Source of the DNA: Paramecium tetraurelia | Lineage: Eukaryota | Assembly (NCBI GenBank): GCA_000165425.1 | Contig: CT867986.1 | Coordinates: forward strand, 248,001 to 312,000 | Direction of reading: 5' to 3' | DNA length: 64,000 bases | Shown here: piece after piece, positions 12,876 to 25,900 of the stretch | Numbering within the stretch: the stretch's first letter is position 1 | Layout of the letters: each line of letters starts with the position of its first letter | Position numbers and translations under genes: made by a program | Notes under the pieces: model-generated | The model's input: only the letters and a program-made list of their open reading frames with translations | What the model was told of the DNA's origin: nothing | Databases searched by the model: none

Positions 12876-15800
12876 ATGAACTTCAAATTTCCAGGAACTT
12901 ATGCAGAACTCAAGGATACTAATTTCTCTGAATTCTACAGAGTCAAATCTAAAAATTCAGTACCCAATATGGATGATCGTCTTATATTCATTAAAATAAA
13001 TTAATTCTAGGAGGAGTTCCATTAAATGCCAACTCTTATTGAAGATGCACAGAATTTCGATTTTCTTTACTATTTGGTTGAGTAACTTATAAATCTATAT
13101 CAAGATATTTGGATAAACATTCAAACTAAAAAGCTCAATTCCAATTGATTGACATCTTCTCATTTTAAATTCTCAAACTACACAATAAAAATTCCAAGGC
13201 ATTTCAAATGACACTCTTCCTATTCTTAAATCTCTTGTAATAAAAACAGGTTTAAGGACCGTAGGTCAAAAGGGCATTAAAATAATTGAAGCAACTTTTC
13301 AGTCTAAATTCCTTTGTTGACCTTGATAGGGAAGGTATAAGATATGTATTCGATCTTATTAAGATGGCTATTGAGATCAAGGAAACTCAAATTAGAGAAG
13401 TTTGGATTGAAGTTCTTATTTCAGCTTTGATAATTTGGTCTAAGCATGAGACAGTTCTTAAAAATACTATAGTTCATTTAATGTATGAATAGGAAAGCGT
13501 AGTCCCCAATCTGAGTAAATTCTTAGTGGCTTGCAGTAAACATGATAAACTGAAATCATATACAATTGATTAACTAGGATTACTTATCAATTTTATTACT
13601 GAAAAGTCTACTAATTAAACGGAGAGTTTGGCAGTTAAAAATCTGAGAGAACTACTGACTATCTCATCAAAAGAAATGCCAAAAATATATTATCAATAGT
13701 TATCATCAATGATTGGGTTGTACGACAATGAAAATTATCATATAAGAAGTGGCCTATCAGATGTCATAACAAATGTAATAGAATATCTGGTAAAAGAATC
13801 AAAGGAATAAAATGATGATGAAGTTCTTCTATTGAATGCTAATAATTTAACCAAATCTCTGATATCTCGGCATTTAGATAAGACAGCCCTATGTAGATCA
13901 AATGTATTGTAATGTTTATCGCAATTATTAAATTTGAATTGCATATAAAAAATACATCTACCCACTATTTTTTCCATAAGCCAATCTAGACTGAGGGATA
14001 TCTCAGGCTATGCCAGAAAATCTGCATTATAATTATTGAAATCAGTCTCACGTTGTTACAGATATATTTATGTTTAAAGTTAAGGAAGGGATAAATTTTG
14101 GTCATCTAAAGAAATTGGAGAACAAATAAAAAGCAACTAATTAGAGTTAGATAACATCCATAATGATTTTTAAAGATTGGATTTGTAATTTTAAGAAGGC
14201 AACATCTCTGAAGATTAGATTAACGATACGATTAAAAATATTAAGAAAAGGACTCAAGAAATCTAGAAAGGTTAGGAATATCTAGATGAATATAGCAAAT
14301 TTCTAGATGGAATGAAAATTGCTATTAATTAAGTCTTATAATTGTGTCAAAGTAAAAATTAAGCAGATGTAACACATTCAATCAAATTATTTGCATATTT
14401 ATCAAAATATGATTTCGAATCTGCAAATATAGGGTTAAGAAGAATGTTGCTATTGGTTTGGTCATAAGATAAATCAATTCAATAAGAAGTTATTAAAAAA
14501 TTTTGGAAACTCTATTTAAAGGATAATAAAAATACAAAATAAATTGTACTCTCTATAATAGATCTGATAAGCACTTCAAACTAGAAGGAGTTGCTATCCA
14601 TAGAAAAAATTATATTATCATATGAGACTGAATAGGCTCCTAATTACAAGTTACCAAATAAAGCATTTAGTACCCTTTGGGATCTTTTTGGTAGACCAGA
14701 AATCAATTAAAGATCAATGCTAATATTTGTGAGAATTATGCTCACAAGAAATTGCTCCTATTTTAATATGGAAAAAATTAAATAAATTCAGGAGCTATTG
14801 ATGGCTTACAATAGAAAAGATCCAGATTGGATCATCATAAAAGAACTTTCTCTTATATTGTCAAAATTAGATAGAAATCAAGAGAAAAACTAAATCTATA
14901 TTAATAATCAGATAGAACTGCTGACTAGATTACTTGTAAAGTATAAAGATACTTAGGATATGAATTATTTTAGTGCATGTGATTCAATCATACAATTGAT
15001 TTCACTTTCCTATAATCCTGAATGTAAATTTGAAGCTTTAATTAAACAGTTTGAGTTTGAATAACATTCCAAGAATTCAATGGAATTGGAACAATTAAGT
15101 AATAATGACAAAATGCATTTAACTCATGCAATATATATAGCAGGATGCATTTCATTACAATTGTTAGTGCTAATTGATAAAACTCATAGATAACTTAAAT
15201 AACTAAAAAATGATAGAGAATCCTAAATAGGAAAGGAACAAGAGATAGATAAGATTTCAGGAGGTTTGGAGGGAGAATTTGAAAGAATACATGAAGTAGT
15301 GAATGAAATATAGGATCTCAATCTAGTGTAACAAAATCTATTGTCAGTTTTCTCCCCATTGGTAATAATGATAATTGAGGATTGCCTTGTAGATATGGAA
15401 AATAAGAAATCTTCTTGTTTAAATCAATAATCCCCTCTTGTATAAGTTTGTCTAATCACAATGTGTAAGTTCATGTGTTTGTCTGAGTCCTATTGTAGAT
15501 AAAACATTGAGATGTTATTTAATATCATGAAGTAAATAGATATTGAGTATGTTTTAGGTGTCCCTTGTTTGATTAAGTCGTTAAAAACAATGTGTTAATT
15601 AGCATAGGAGACTTATTACATATGTGGCCAAATACTGTTTAAAAGTTCCATAAATAGATATATTCAAATTTACTTGATTCTAATGGTCCTCTTAGAAGAG
15701 TGACATTACTGGTCCTAACACATTTGATTTTGAATGATATGATTAAGAGCAAGACCTCCTTATCACATATTCCAGTGTTATTAAATGACCCTTGTTAACA

Positions 15801-16540
15801 GATCCAAAGTATGGCAAGGTACTTTTTAAATGAATTGCAAAAAAAAGAATAGAGAGCTATTTCAAATGCTGTACCAGATATTATATTGAATATTCACGAG
15901 CACAACGAGATTATTATATCTCAAATATCCTTATACATTGATAAGAACTTAGTGGAATCAATAGTAGAGAAACTGGTTAATATATTGGGGATCAGTTAGA
16001 GTATAAATTAACTTATATATATGTGTAGATCAATCAGAAATAAAAAATATCTCTATTTTATTCAACTATATGAATCTGACCCAAACTTCTTTATAAAGAT
16101 TCTTGGATGGATGGGAATAATACAGAGAAAAATTAAAGGACTAATTTGTTTATAATCAATTTATTAGTCTAATAAAAAAGGTACGATATTACTTACTTGT
16201 TTAGTTGAGGAGAACTCTGCCTCAAGAGAGTCGAATTGTGATAGATGAATTTGAGATGAAGATAGAAAACTATGATAAAGAGACGTTTGAGAATAGAAGG
16301 AGGGAAAAAGTGTCCAAGAGAAAAAATGGCAAGACTTAGTTCTAAGATAGAGATGACAAGGAATTAAAAGAAAATATCAGTAATGTGAAGTAATAGTAGA
16401 GAAGGAAGGTCAAAAAGAAGGACGAGGAAATCTTGGAAATCGAATCAAATTCTGAATAAGAAACTTCTTAAGCCTAGGCTATGAAATTATAGACGAATCA
16501 AAGAAGAAAACGAAAGAATCTCTAGAAAAATGAAGATTGA
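12876..16540 (+). CDS. NCAPD2: Condensin I HEAT subunit CAP-D2 (Cnd1/Ycs4)
   Basis: Long HEAT-like ORF. Motifs RHLDKTALCRSNVLQ, RLRDISGYARKSALQLL and GLRRMLLLVWS; Cnd1 domain MCKFMCLSESYC...NNVLISIGDL...WPN...TLLVLTHLILNDMIK. Confidence 0.88.
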
Positions 16541-16584
16541 TATTTGTTACTATGTTAATATTAACATTAATATTTATTAAAACG

Positions 16585-18302
16585 ATGGATTAAAATTCTA
16601 ATTATTTTTTCAATTCAGCTCAAAAAGAGTAAACAGAATTTTGGAATAGAAATTTTCATATTTTACTGAATAATCATGAAAATTTTGAGATCCAAAATGA
16701 TAATTGTACCAGTTTTTATAAGAGAAGTAAGATTCTTAAAAAATGGATACCTCGACTTTATTCTGTTCAAAGCAATTATATATTATATGGTGATAGAGTA
16801 AAATTATATCATAATCAAGAATCTCAAAGGTTTTAGAAAACTAGATTGTGTATATCTAACATCTAGTCTAGTAGAAGGACCATATAAATATCAATTGCAG
16901 TTAAAATACTGTGGATTTGTTTTAGAATTGTACACTGATCAAAAAAAGGACCACGATAGTTTTAAGGATAGTTTACAAGCCCATTGTATACTAACTGATT
17001 TTCACACTTAATATACATTGCTAAGACAAATTGGGTTTGGATCAAGCGCCTAAGTAACAATAATAAATTTTAATCTAGGTATACATTGCTAGGAGTAACT
17101 ACAATTAATAACTATATGCCATTAAAAGAGTTCAAAAAAATTATTCAGTCAAACAAAAAAAATATGAGCAGGAACAAGCCTTACACAATGAGATTCAAAT
17201 AATGAAAGAACTTAATCATCCAAATATCATTTCTTTTTATTCGGTGTTTGAGACTAATAGTATTTATTCAATCTATGTTAAAGAACATATAAATATTGTT
17301 TTAGAATTAATCCAAGGAGGAGAACTACTAAAATAGGGATAATACAAAAGCATTAGAGATGCAAGAATCGTGGCTAAATAATTAGCTCTATGTTTGGATT
17401 ATATGCATTAGAAAGGGATTATGCATAGAGATTTGAAACCATAGAACATTTTATGCAAATCTAATTCTCTTGACGTGTTAATTGCTGATTTTGGGTTGGC
17501 CACATACATTAAGACTTAAAAGCAATAGTATTACAGATGTGGAACCACTGGTTACGTCGCTCCTGAAGTATTGATGTACAAAGAAGGTTCTAAGATGTAT
17601 AATGAGAAATGCGATATCTTTAGTCTTGGAGTTATCTTCTATCAATTGTATCTATCTAAAATTTAAAAGGATTTTCAACACTCATCCCTTCAAAGATAGC
17701 ACCAAGGCTGGAATGTTGAAGAGGAATTTAGCTGCTGACTATAAGTTGGATGAGTAAACCAAAGTTCCTTAGAGTTGTAAGGATCTTATTGCTTCAATGT
17801 TGAGATTGAACCCCAAACAAAGACCTTCTGCATCCCAAATATTAAGACATGATTTCTTTAATGAAGCATTAAATGAGTTGTCTTATCCAAGTTTGATTGG
17901 ATCAATTCAAGAGTAATTCAAATTGTTATTCCTAGTATAAGCGATCAAAAGAAATCAGGCCAATCTTTCAATTCTTAAGTAGGGGAATTGAAATTATCGA
18001 CTTTCCAAAAGCATGGACAAGTGTCGATCTTCGAAAAAATGCCATTAAATATTAAATCAGCAAATCAGAGTATGGAATTCAAGGAACTCTCACCTTTGTG
18101 GAATAAAAAGATTACTTTACAACAACCCATCACTTAACCCAGATCCAAAGCTTAATCTATGTATTCGAATAAAAACCTAGATAATCGAGGTTAAAAAGTA
18201 TCTATATTTCGACAGCAATCAAAAAACTCAGAAAATGATATCGATTAGCATCAGTTTCCCTACTCAACCATAATCAACAGATGTACTATCAAAAACAAGT
18301 GA
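16585..18302 (+). CDS. PH-like domain + CAMK-group Ser/Thr kinase
   Basis: N-terminal KRSKILKKWIPRLY; kinase motifs IGFGSSA, MHRDLKPQN, IADFGLA, RCGTTGYVAPE and CDIFSLG. Confidence 0.88.
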
Positions 18303-18564
18303 CAATTATTAATACTATGTTAACATATTACAACTATTTTTTTGTTAATTCCAAATATACTGATTTTAATCTTATTAATATACTTTATTGTATTATGCAT
18401 TGTTCTAAATATAGAAATTAATTATGTTTCCCATTCCTCGAATTCCTTCAGGCCTAATTATTAAATCTTTATTAGATCAAATAACTTATTTAACTTCAGA
18501 TTTACTTTTAATACTTGAATTCATCTTTTATTGTGACGGTATCAAAAAAATTTAAATTAATTTT

Positions 18565-19588
18565 ATGAATCATTCAGAAGGGGCACAATCTCCACCTTAT
18601 TTTGGTATGTATCCACTACCCTATTGGCCAACGAGCTCACAATTCCTCTTAATGATGAACTTCCAAAATCCGATGATGAGTCCAATCCATAATTTAGGAT
18701 CTCCAATTTTAACTTCCCACTTAAATTTCACTTAGCCAACAATCAATTATGATATCAAATACGAACAAAGTACTCTCTTTACCCTTATCCTCTTTAGATT
18801 CACAGAATAAAGAATCCACATAAACTAAACAACCATAATAATATACCAGCCAAATTTAAATCATTTCTGAGCAATTGGATGACATGAATTACGATCAAAT
18901 TACAGTAGAAAATCTTGAGGCCTTAATTCATCTGTTGTTTGCAGAAGAGCCCAAATTAAAAAAGATCTAATAATAACTCAAAGAGAAAAGATGTCTTAAG
19001 GTTGTCAAGATTCTGGACACCCTGGCCAAAAAGATAAGAACCCAATAGAAAAATCGAGAAGAATTAATCAAATTTTGTCTGAGAAAGGCTTTCAGAGAGA
19101 TTTTCCATCAAATTTAAGAAAAATGTACTAAAAAAAGTAATCAAATCTTTAAAAATGTATAGAACTCAATCTGAAGGCTGCATCCAAAATATTTTAGTAA
19201 ACCTATTAAGCTGAAAAGATGAAATCCATAGCATTGCCATTTAGAAAAAATAGTAAAAATAAGACAATGAATAATCATTTCCTCCATGAACTATTCTAAT
19301 CAAAGCAATTCTAGGATTAATATAAAATATTTCTTGGTATCTAAATCCTTTCATATTTTATAGACAATCTAGACACCATCATAGAGAATGACAAAAATAA
19401 AAAAATTAAAGCAATAGCTGAAAAATCATGGGAATTCATCTAATCTAACAGAAAAGTAAAAAATTGATATTAATTCTTTAAAGTCATACACCTTCAAAAG
19501 GTTGCCATGGTCTTTGAAAAACTTAGAAAAATTGAAAGAAACAGCAAATGAAATGCTAAATTACTGTGATGATTAAAAATTTATTTGA
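18565..19588 (+). CDS. Hypothetical protein, apparently of a ciliate-specific family
   Basis: Pro/Met-rich N-terminus; KNREELIKFCLRKAF...LPFRKNSKNKTMN...LFQS...KRLPW; four tiny introns. Confidence 0.7.
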
Positions 19589-20234
19589 AATTATTATCAA
19601 AATTAAACATCTAAATACAAGAGATCATCTACACTAACATTAATTAGACAAAGAAAATAGTCAAAAAATCTTTTAAGACTTTCGTCGTACTTTTAAGATT
19701 TTCGCTGAGCATTCAATAAGGACTTTGTATTAAATTTTAATGAGTTAAGATCATTATTCCCTTTTTTCAGAAGCAAAAATCATACTCAATCTGTTATTTA
19801 AATATAGATTTTGATATTTGGTTATTCTGACCTATACATTAATCTTAAATAATTTTCTGCCATTAATATTATTGCAATTTAATTTATAACTGGACTTAAT
19901 TAATTTAAAAAATAATATTATAATAATTATAATTATTAGTAATATATTATAATATACCTAAAAGGCATCTAATTCAATATTGGTTAGTATTTCTAATAAG
20001 GTTATTAATTAATAAATTTGAACAAATTTTTATTCATAACTATTTATGGCTGAATATGCACATTATTAAATAAATAAATTTGCCTTATTATAAATAATAT
20101 TTGCAACTTTTATAAAAAATTATGTCCCCTTTTTAAATGAATTAAGGATAATTTAAATCTCTTATTTTTCACAAAAGTAAGGTTATTAGAATGACATATT
20201 ATCTTTATTCATTTTTAGAATTATTTATTCATCC

Positions 20235-20826
20235 ATGTCTTTTAGAATAAAGAAGTATTAAAAAAGAAATTACAGATAAAAGTGTGTAAAAAATATAAAA
20301 TGATAAAAATGATAAAAAGAAACTAAGTGGATTAGATTGTCTTTAGTTCTCGATTAAACGATTGATAATAATGGAATTTAATTAAGAACAATAATTAAAA
20401 CTAATAAAATATATCATCCTAGAGAATTGATGTCACTTAGCCTAAAACACTAGGTAATCACATTAATTTAAATATAAAAAAGGATTTTGGAAATATAATA
20501 ATTTATATTAATGTTGTTTTAAAGTATAGAGGAAACAAAAAATGATCAAGAAGAATAAACAGCATTCCTTATTCAAATGAATTCCAAATTTTAAAACTAA
20601 AAGTGGATGTTTCCAGTAATTTTAACAGTCTTTTCTAAAAATAGAAATTAAGCAAAAGTAATATTATGATAAATCATAAAAGAGTCTTGTTTAGCCAAAT
20701 CCAGAAGTTATTTAAAAAAATCATACCTGGACATGGTTGTCTGAACTGATGCAATCACAAGAATTAAAAAATAGGAAAATAGAAAAATAAAGAATAATAT
20801 TAATTAATAATAATATAAATGACTGA
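20235..20826 (+). CDS. Hypothetical protein (structure uncertain)
   Basis: Coding-like segments separated by intron-like GTAATCAC..AAAG and GTAATATT..AAAG; start not secure. Confidence 0.3.
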
Positions 20827-20943
20827 AATTCATCCTTTTATTTATATATTTTCCTTTTATTAGTATTTCTTTATTTGAAATTATTTTATATCAATCATGT
20901 AATTTTCATTTTCTTATAATATTATCACTATATATTTATATTT

Positions 20944-22891
20944 TCAATTTTGCTATTAATTACTTATCTCATCAATCTCATCGACCTTCATTAATATTTT
21001 GTTTTTCAAAACTTTTTTATTTTCAAAAATTTCAATTGTGAATTGTTCAAGATCTACATTTAACTTTTTAAGATGAGTTGATGTGCTCATTGATAATCTT
21101 GACATCTGATTATCACCCTCAAGACACCTCTGATGAAGCTTTTATTTAAAATTTTATGTTTCAGTGTTCAATGAGTTTGATAAATTTCTAATCTTCTTTC
21201 CTTTTTAATTCTCATCTTGGCCATCCTGATCTTATAAATCCATTTACTCAAACACATTTTTCAATTTATTTAAAGTATCCATACCTTAAAAAGCACCAAC
21301 CACTTTATTTTCATCATCAGAATCATCATTATTATTAAGACTATCCATAGGTGATTACTTATTAAAGCAATCTATAAAGATATTATTTTGAGGCTCTATA
21401 ATCTCATCAGGTTCATCTTCTTAGATTGCAGAGATAATAAATGGTGTATCAATCTGAGGAGTTTCTAAATCGTCACCTAACTTAAATTTGTGTTTGTCTT
21501 CATGTATTTCAATTTATTCCTTGATTACCTTCCAAACTTAAGATCTTTTTAATGTAGATTCAATCTATTTCAACTCATCATAATAAGGTAAGAAATCACT
21601 ATCTCTTATAAGTTTAATTTATAGCTATTATTCAAAAGCAAATAATTATCGATCTATTCTTTTGATTTATAATGTCTGTAATTTATTTTTAGTTAATAAT
21701 TAGAGACACCAAAAGGGATGAAAATCATTCAAAGCTCTATCTAAAATAAAAGCAATCATATTGTAAACATATTAAATAAAAATATCTGAATGATTGTACT
21801 TCTTAACCAAATTTATTATAGTTTCCATCACATTAGATTACTCAACCCTTTGCCATAATTCAATGTCTGATATTCTCACTATATTATCAATAATCTAATA
21901 TTTAATAATAAATATAATACTTCAATTAGCTTTACATCTAACAAACCTACTTTGCAACTTCTTGTAAGAGTTTTTTCTAAGATATTTTTTATACTTATAA
22001 TATTAAAATATCTAAAGAACTCTGTTTTCCTGAATTCTTCTGTAATTGGTTAATTGTAAGGTTCATCCAAATATAAGTTTTATAAATCCAAAGAGTAATA
22101 ATTTGAAATCAACGAAATAACATGGGCTGCATTCTTACGAACTCTTTATATTTATACTCAATACATAAAATGAAATGTCTCTTATGATAAAACATCATTT
22201 ACTATCAGCAGCACTTGACTAGAAAGTAAATATTCCAATAATTCTTTAGTTTATATTCTAACCATTATCTCGTGAATTAAATAAGTAAAATTGATAGCTG
22301 AACTGTAATCAAATTTGGAGTATTATTATATTCCAATCTACAAAATTTCTAATTACTATCGATGAAATTAATTTTCAAAATAAATCAACAATACCTAAGC
22401 AACACTATTATTATATATATATGGTAAGAAATTCTAAAGTAATTAATTATTGGCATTTAATGATTCTGTTATCAATATTTAGGATCTTTTTTAAATTAAT
22501 TAGAGAATCTTAAATGCCTATGCCCATTGAACATCTGGTATAAATTTATATGTTAATATCTCAAATAAGTGATAAAAATGAACCTAAAAATTTAAAGTCA
22601 CTAACATACTTCAATCTACTATAAAATTTCTTCTATATTAAGTTCAACGATATCCCACACCTTTGTCATTAGTATTGAATAAGTATCATATTGTATTGGT
22701 TGAATTTCGTCGTAATTTACAAATAGGATCTATAATAATTGCTTTGCATTGTAACACAAAAATTCAATTGCCATCAAATCAGATGCTTCAATATATTTAG
22801 TAAAGGTTTCATTAAATAGCAAGACTCTTAGATCTGAATGGGCTTCCTAAATCAATTATTCAATGATATAAATTTTTTTATCAATGTTCAT
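20944..22891 (-). CDS. Helical-repeat protein, possibly SIT4/PP6-associated (SAPS-like)
   Basis: MNIDKK..LRVLLFNETF..MAIEFL N-terminus and an acidic C-terminal region; family assignment is by loose resemblance only. Confidence 0.5.
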
Positions 22892-22910
22892 ATTATTTAT
22901 ATATAATTTC

Positions 22911-25900
22911 TCAATAACGTCTTGCATAACTTCTAGTTGTGGTTGTTGATGTTTAATTCATAATTTAGGAAGATGATGTTTATGATGGTGGTTGTTAACT
23001 GGATGAGCCAGACTAATAAATGGATGAAGCTGTCACTGGTTTTTGAGTGTTTGTTTATTAGACCTATGAAGCTGTTGGGAATAAATTTTATCTATAGCCA
23101 CTGGATCTATTTGATTGACTATCATCTATCTATTAATAAGATGTCTAAGGTTGTTTATTCACTTATGTGGTAATGGTTGTAGTGAATTGATTAGTTTGAT
23201 TTGTACTTTAAGGAGGATTATCTGATCTCAAATCTTTCACTACAGAGGCATACTTGTTATTCCAAGTTTACAAATCCTATGCAATAAATATATATTATTA
23301 CAGATGTTTGATTGGAAATTATATTCTATTGTCTCTTGATTTCATTTTATAAATCATTGATTTATTGATTCAATTTCTTGATATCATTTTATTGGTTATC
23401 AAAGTTCTTCTTGCTTGTGTTCAAATCAGAATTTAAGCTATTCACTTTAGCTTCTAATTCTTTCTTCAACTTTTCTAGATTTGAAGAATCCTATGAGAAT
23501 TTGTCAAGTTTCTTCTTCAAATCATCTAATTCTTTGTCTTTTGCTTGAATTGCTTATTACAATTTACTAATTTCTGTATTATCTTTCTTTACCTTCTATA
23601 ATTCAACATCCATTTGATTGAATCTAAATTAAAAACATATATTACTTCTTTTTAATTTCTTCATTCTCTTTTGATCTCTAAGCAATTTGATCTTACAAAG
23701 TTTTCAAATCATTTGGATTGGTATTATCAATAACCTTAACTTATTTAACAATTGATTCTTGTTTTGTGTTCGATGCCTTCAATGCATTAATTTCATTATC
23801 TTTGGCTGCAAACTTATTCTTTAATTGTTCAAACTCTCCATTGACTGAATTATATAATTATTGGAATTAAGTTTTCTATTTATTGGCATCATCAGCTGCT
23901 AATTGCAAATCAGCCAACTTTTATCTTAAGTCTCCTAATTCTTTGGTTTGTTGATCAATTAATTATTTCAATCTTTAGTTTTCAGCTTCAAGAGGCTTTA
24001 ATTAAGCAACTTATCCTTCTAAGGTTGATACAGTCTTAGATTAAGCTGCATTTTCATCATTCTTAACTTATATTTGCTTTCCTAATTACTCAATTTCAGC
24101 TTGTAATTTGGCAATTCTATCCAAGAGATTATCTCTCTCTGCAGCTAATTGTCTAGCCTATTTATCTAATTAACCTAATTGATCCTTTAAATCAGCAGTG
24201 ACTAAACATCTAAAATAATATAATTAAAATATTTTACTCTCTTTCGTATAAAGCCTTGTATTTAATAAATTCATTTTAGAAACCATTCAATTATTCAATG
24301 ACTTTCTACATGGAGTTCATCTCTGATACTTAAGAATTAAACTTATTAGTCAAATCAGTTAATTATTGTCTCAATTTATTATTCTCATCTAATAACTTTT
24401 ACAATTATGCCTACAGATCTCCAATTTACTTTGATCTTTATTAATCTAATTGTTAGAGTTGATTTTATAAATCATTAATATGAGATTCTAATTCATTGAT
24501 ATAATTATCCTTTTCAGCTGAAGAATTGCTACTGCTTTATTATAAATTAGTAATCTAAGTTTACAATAAACTGTATTATTATTGAAGTTTATTATATAAG
24601 TCTTGAATGTTTCTTAACCTTATTTAACTCTGCTTATAATTGTCTCAATTAAGCATTGAGATCATCAATCTCTTTATCCTTCTATTCATTTTACGATTAT
24701 AATTTGGCTAATTGATCTTATAAAACCTATTGTTATCTTTCCAAATTAGCAATATCCTCATTGACATCATCTTGGTTTCCTCCTCTCAATTCCAACAAAG
24801 GATCTTACTAAAGAGATTCAGCTTTCAATCTTTATAAATATTCAACTTCAAGGAGCAAATACTTATATTTACTCTCATAGTACTCTTTCTCTCTTCTCAA
24901 TCTATCATTGTCTACTCCAACCTTATTAAGATCTGTCTTAACATTTTCTCTATTTTAGACTTCTTCTTATCTTACAATATCTAATTTATTATTTGATAAT
25001 TATAATTAATTAACTTGATTAGCTTCTAAAGATTTATCGAAGTATCTTCCGTAGAGATCTTCATATTCTTTTGTCTTGACATTCAATTATTGAATCAAAT
25101 CTTATGAATGTTATCTTAATAAATTAATTGTTTATTCCAACTCAGGAACTCTTGATTCTAAATGCTTTAAATTAAAGATGGTTTAATTGAGGTCGTTCAT
25201 TTTGGCTCTCATTTATTCATTTTCTTCAACCTTCATATTCAATTAAGTCTTCAATCTATCTATTTCTTAGATATATAAATGCTTTTCATTTTCAAGGATA
25301 TTAATGTGATTATTTAATTATTCAATTTATTACTTAAGTTTCTAAATTTATTAGTATTAGTCAAAGTTTTCTCTGTGAAGTTCCTAAATTTATTTTCTAA
25401 GTTGATTGATTTCATCCTAATCAACAATATGTTCAATTTAAGGTGGTGGTTAATGTAATTACCTTTGCTTCAATCTTTCAATTTCTAATTCTAATTGTCT
25501 AGCTCTGATTTATTCTTATTTTAAGAGTTCAGCTGTAAATTATAAGTCAGACACCAGTTATTCAGATTGTAAATACTTATCCTTCCAATTCTTAATTAAT
25601 TATTCCTTTCTTTGAATTTCTAATTATAATTCATTCAAATATCCTTCATATTAAACTCTTTATTATTCATGTTATCTATCTTTTGCTTATAAATCTAATT
25701 CTTATTATAAATTCTGTTATCTTAATTTATTTAATTCATCTTTTAATTCTTTAATTTCTTTTTCTAATTATGCATTCTTTTCTTCAGCATCAGCCAATAA
25801 TTATTAAACATCATGAAGTGTTTTATCTAATTGATCAGCATCTCTTTCAAATTGATTTCTTTCATTTCTGACCTTTTGTAATTACTCATTCAAATGATCA

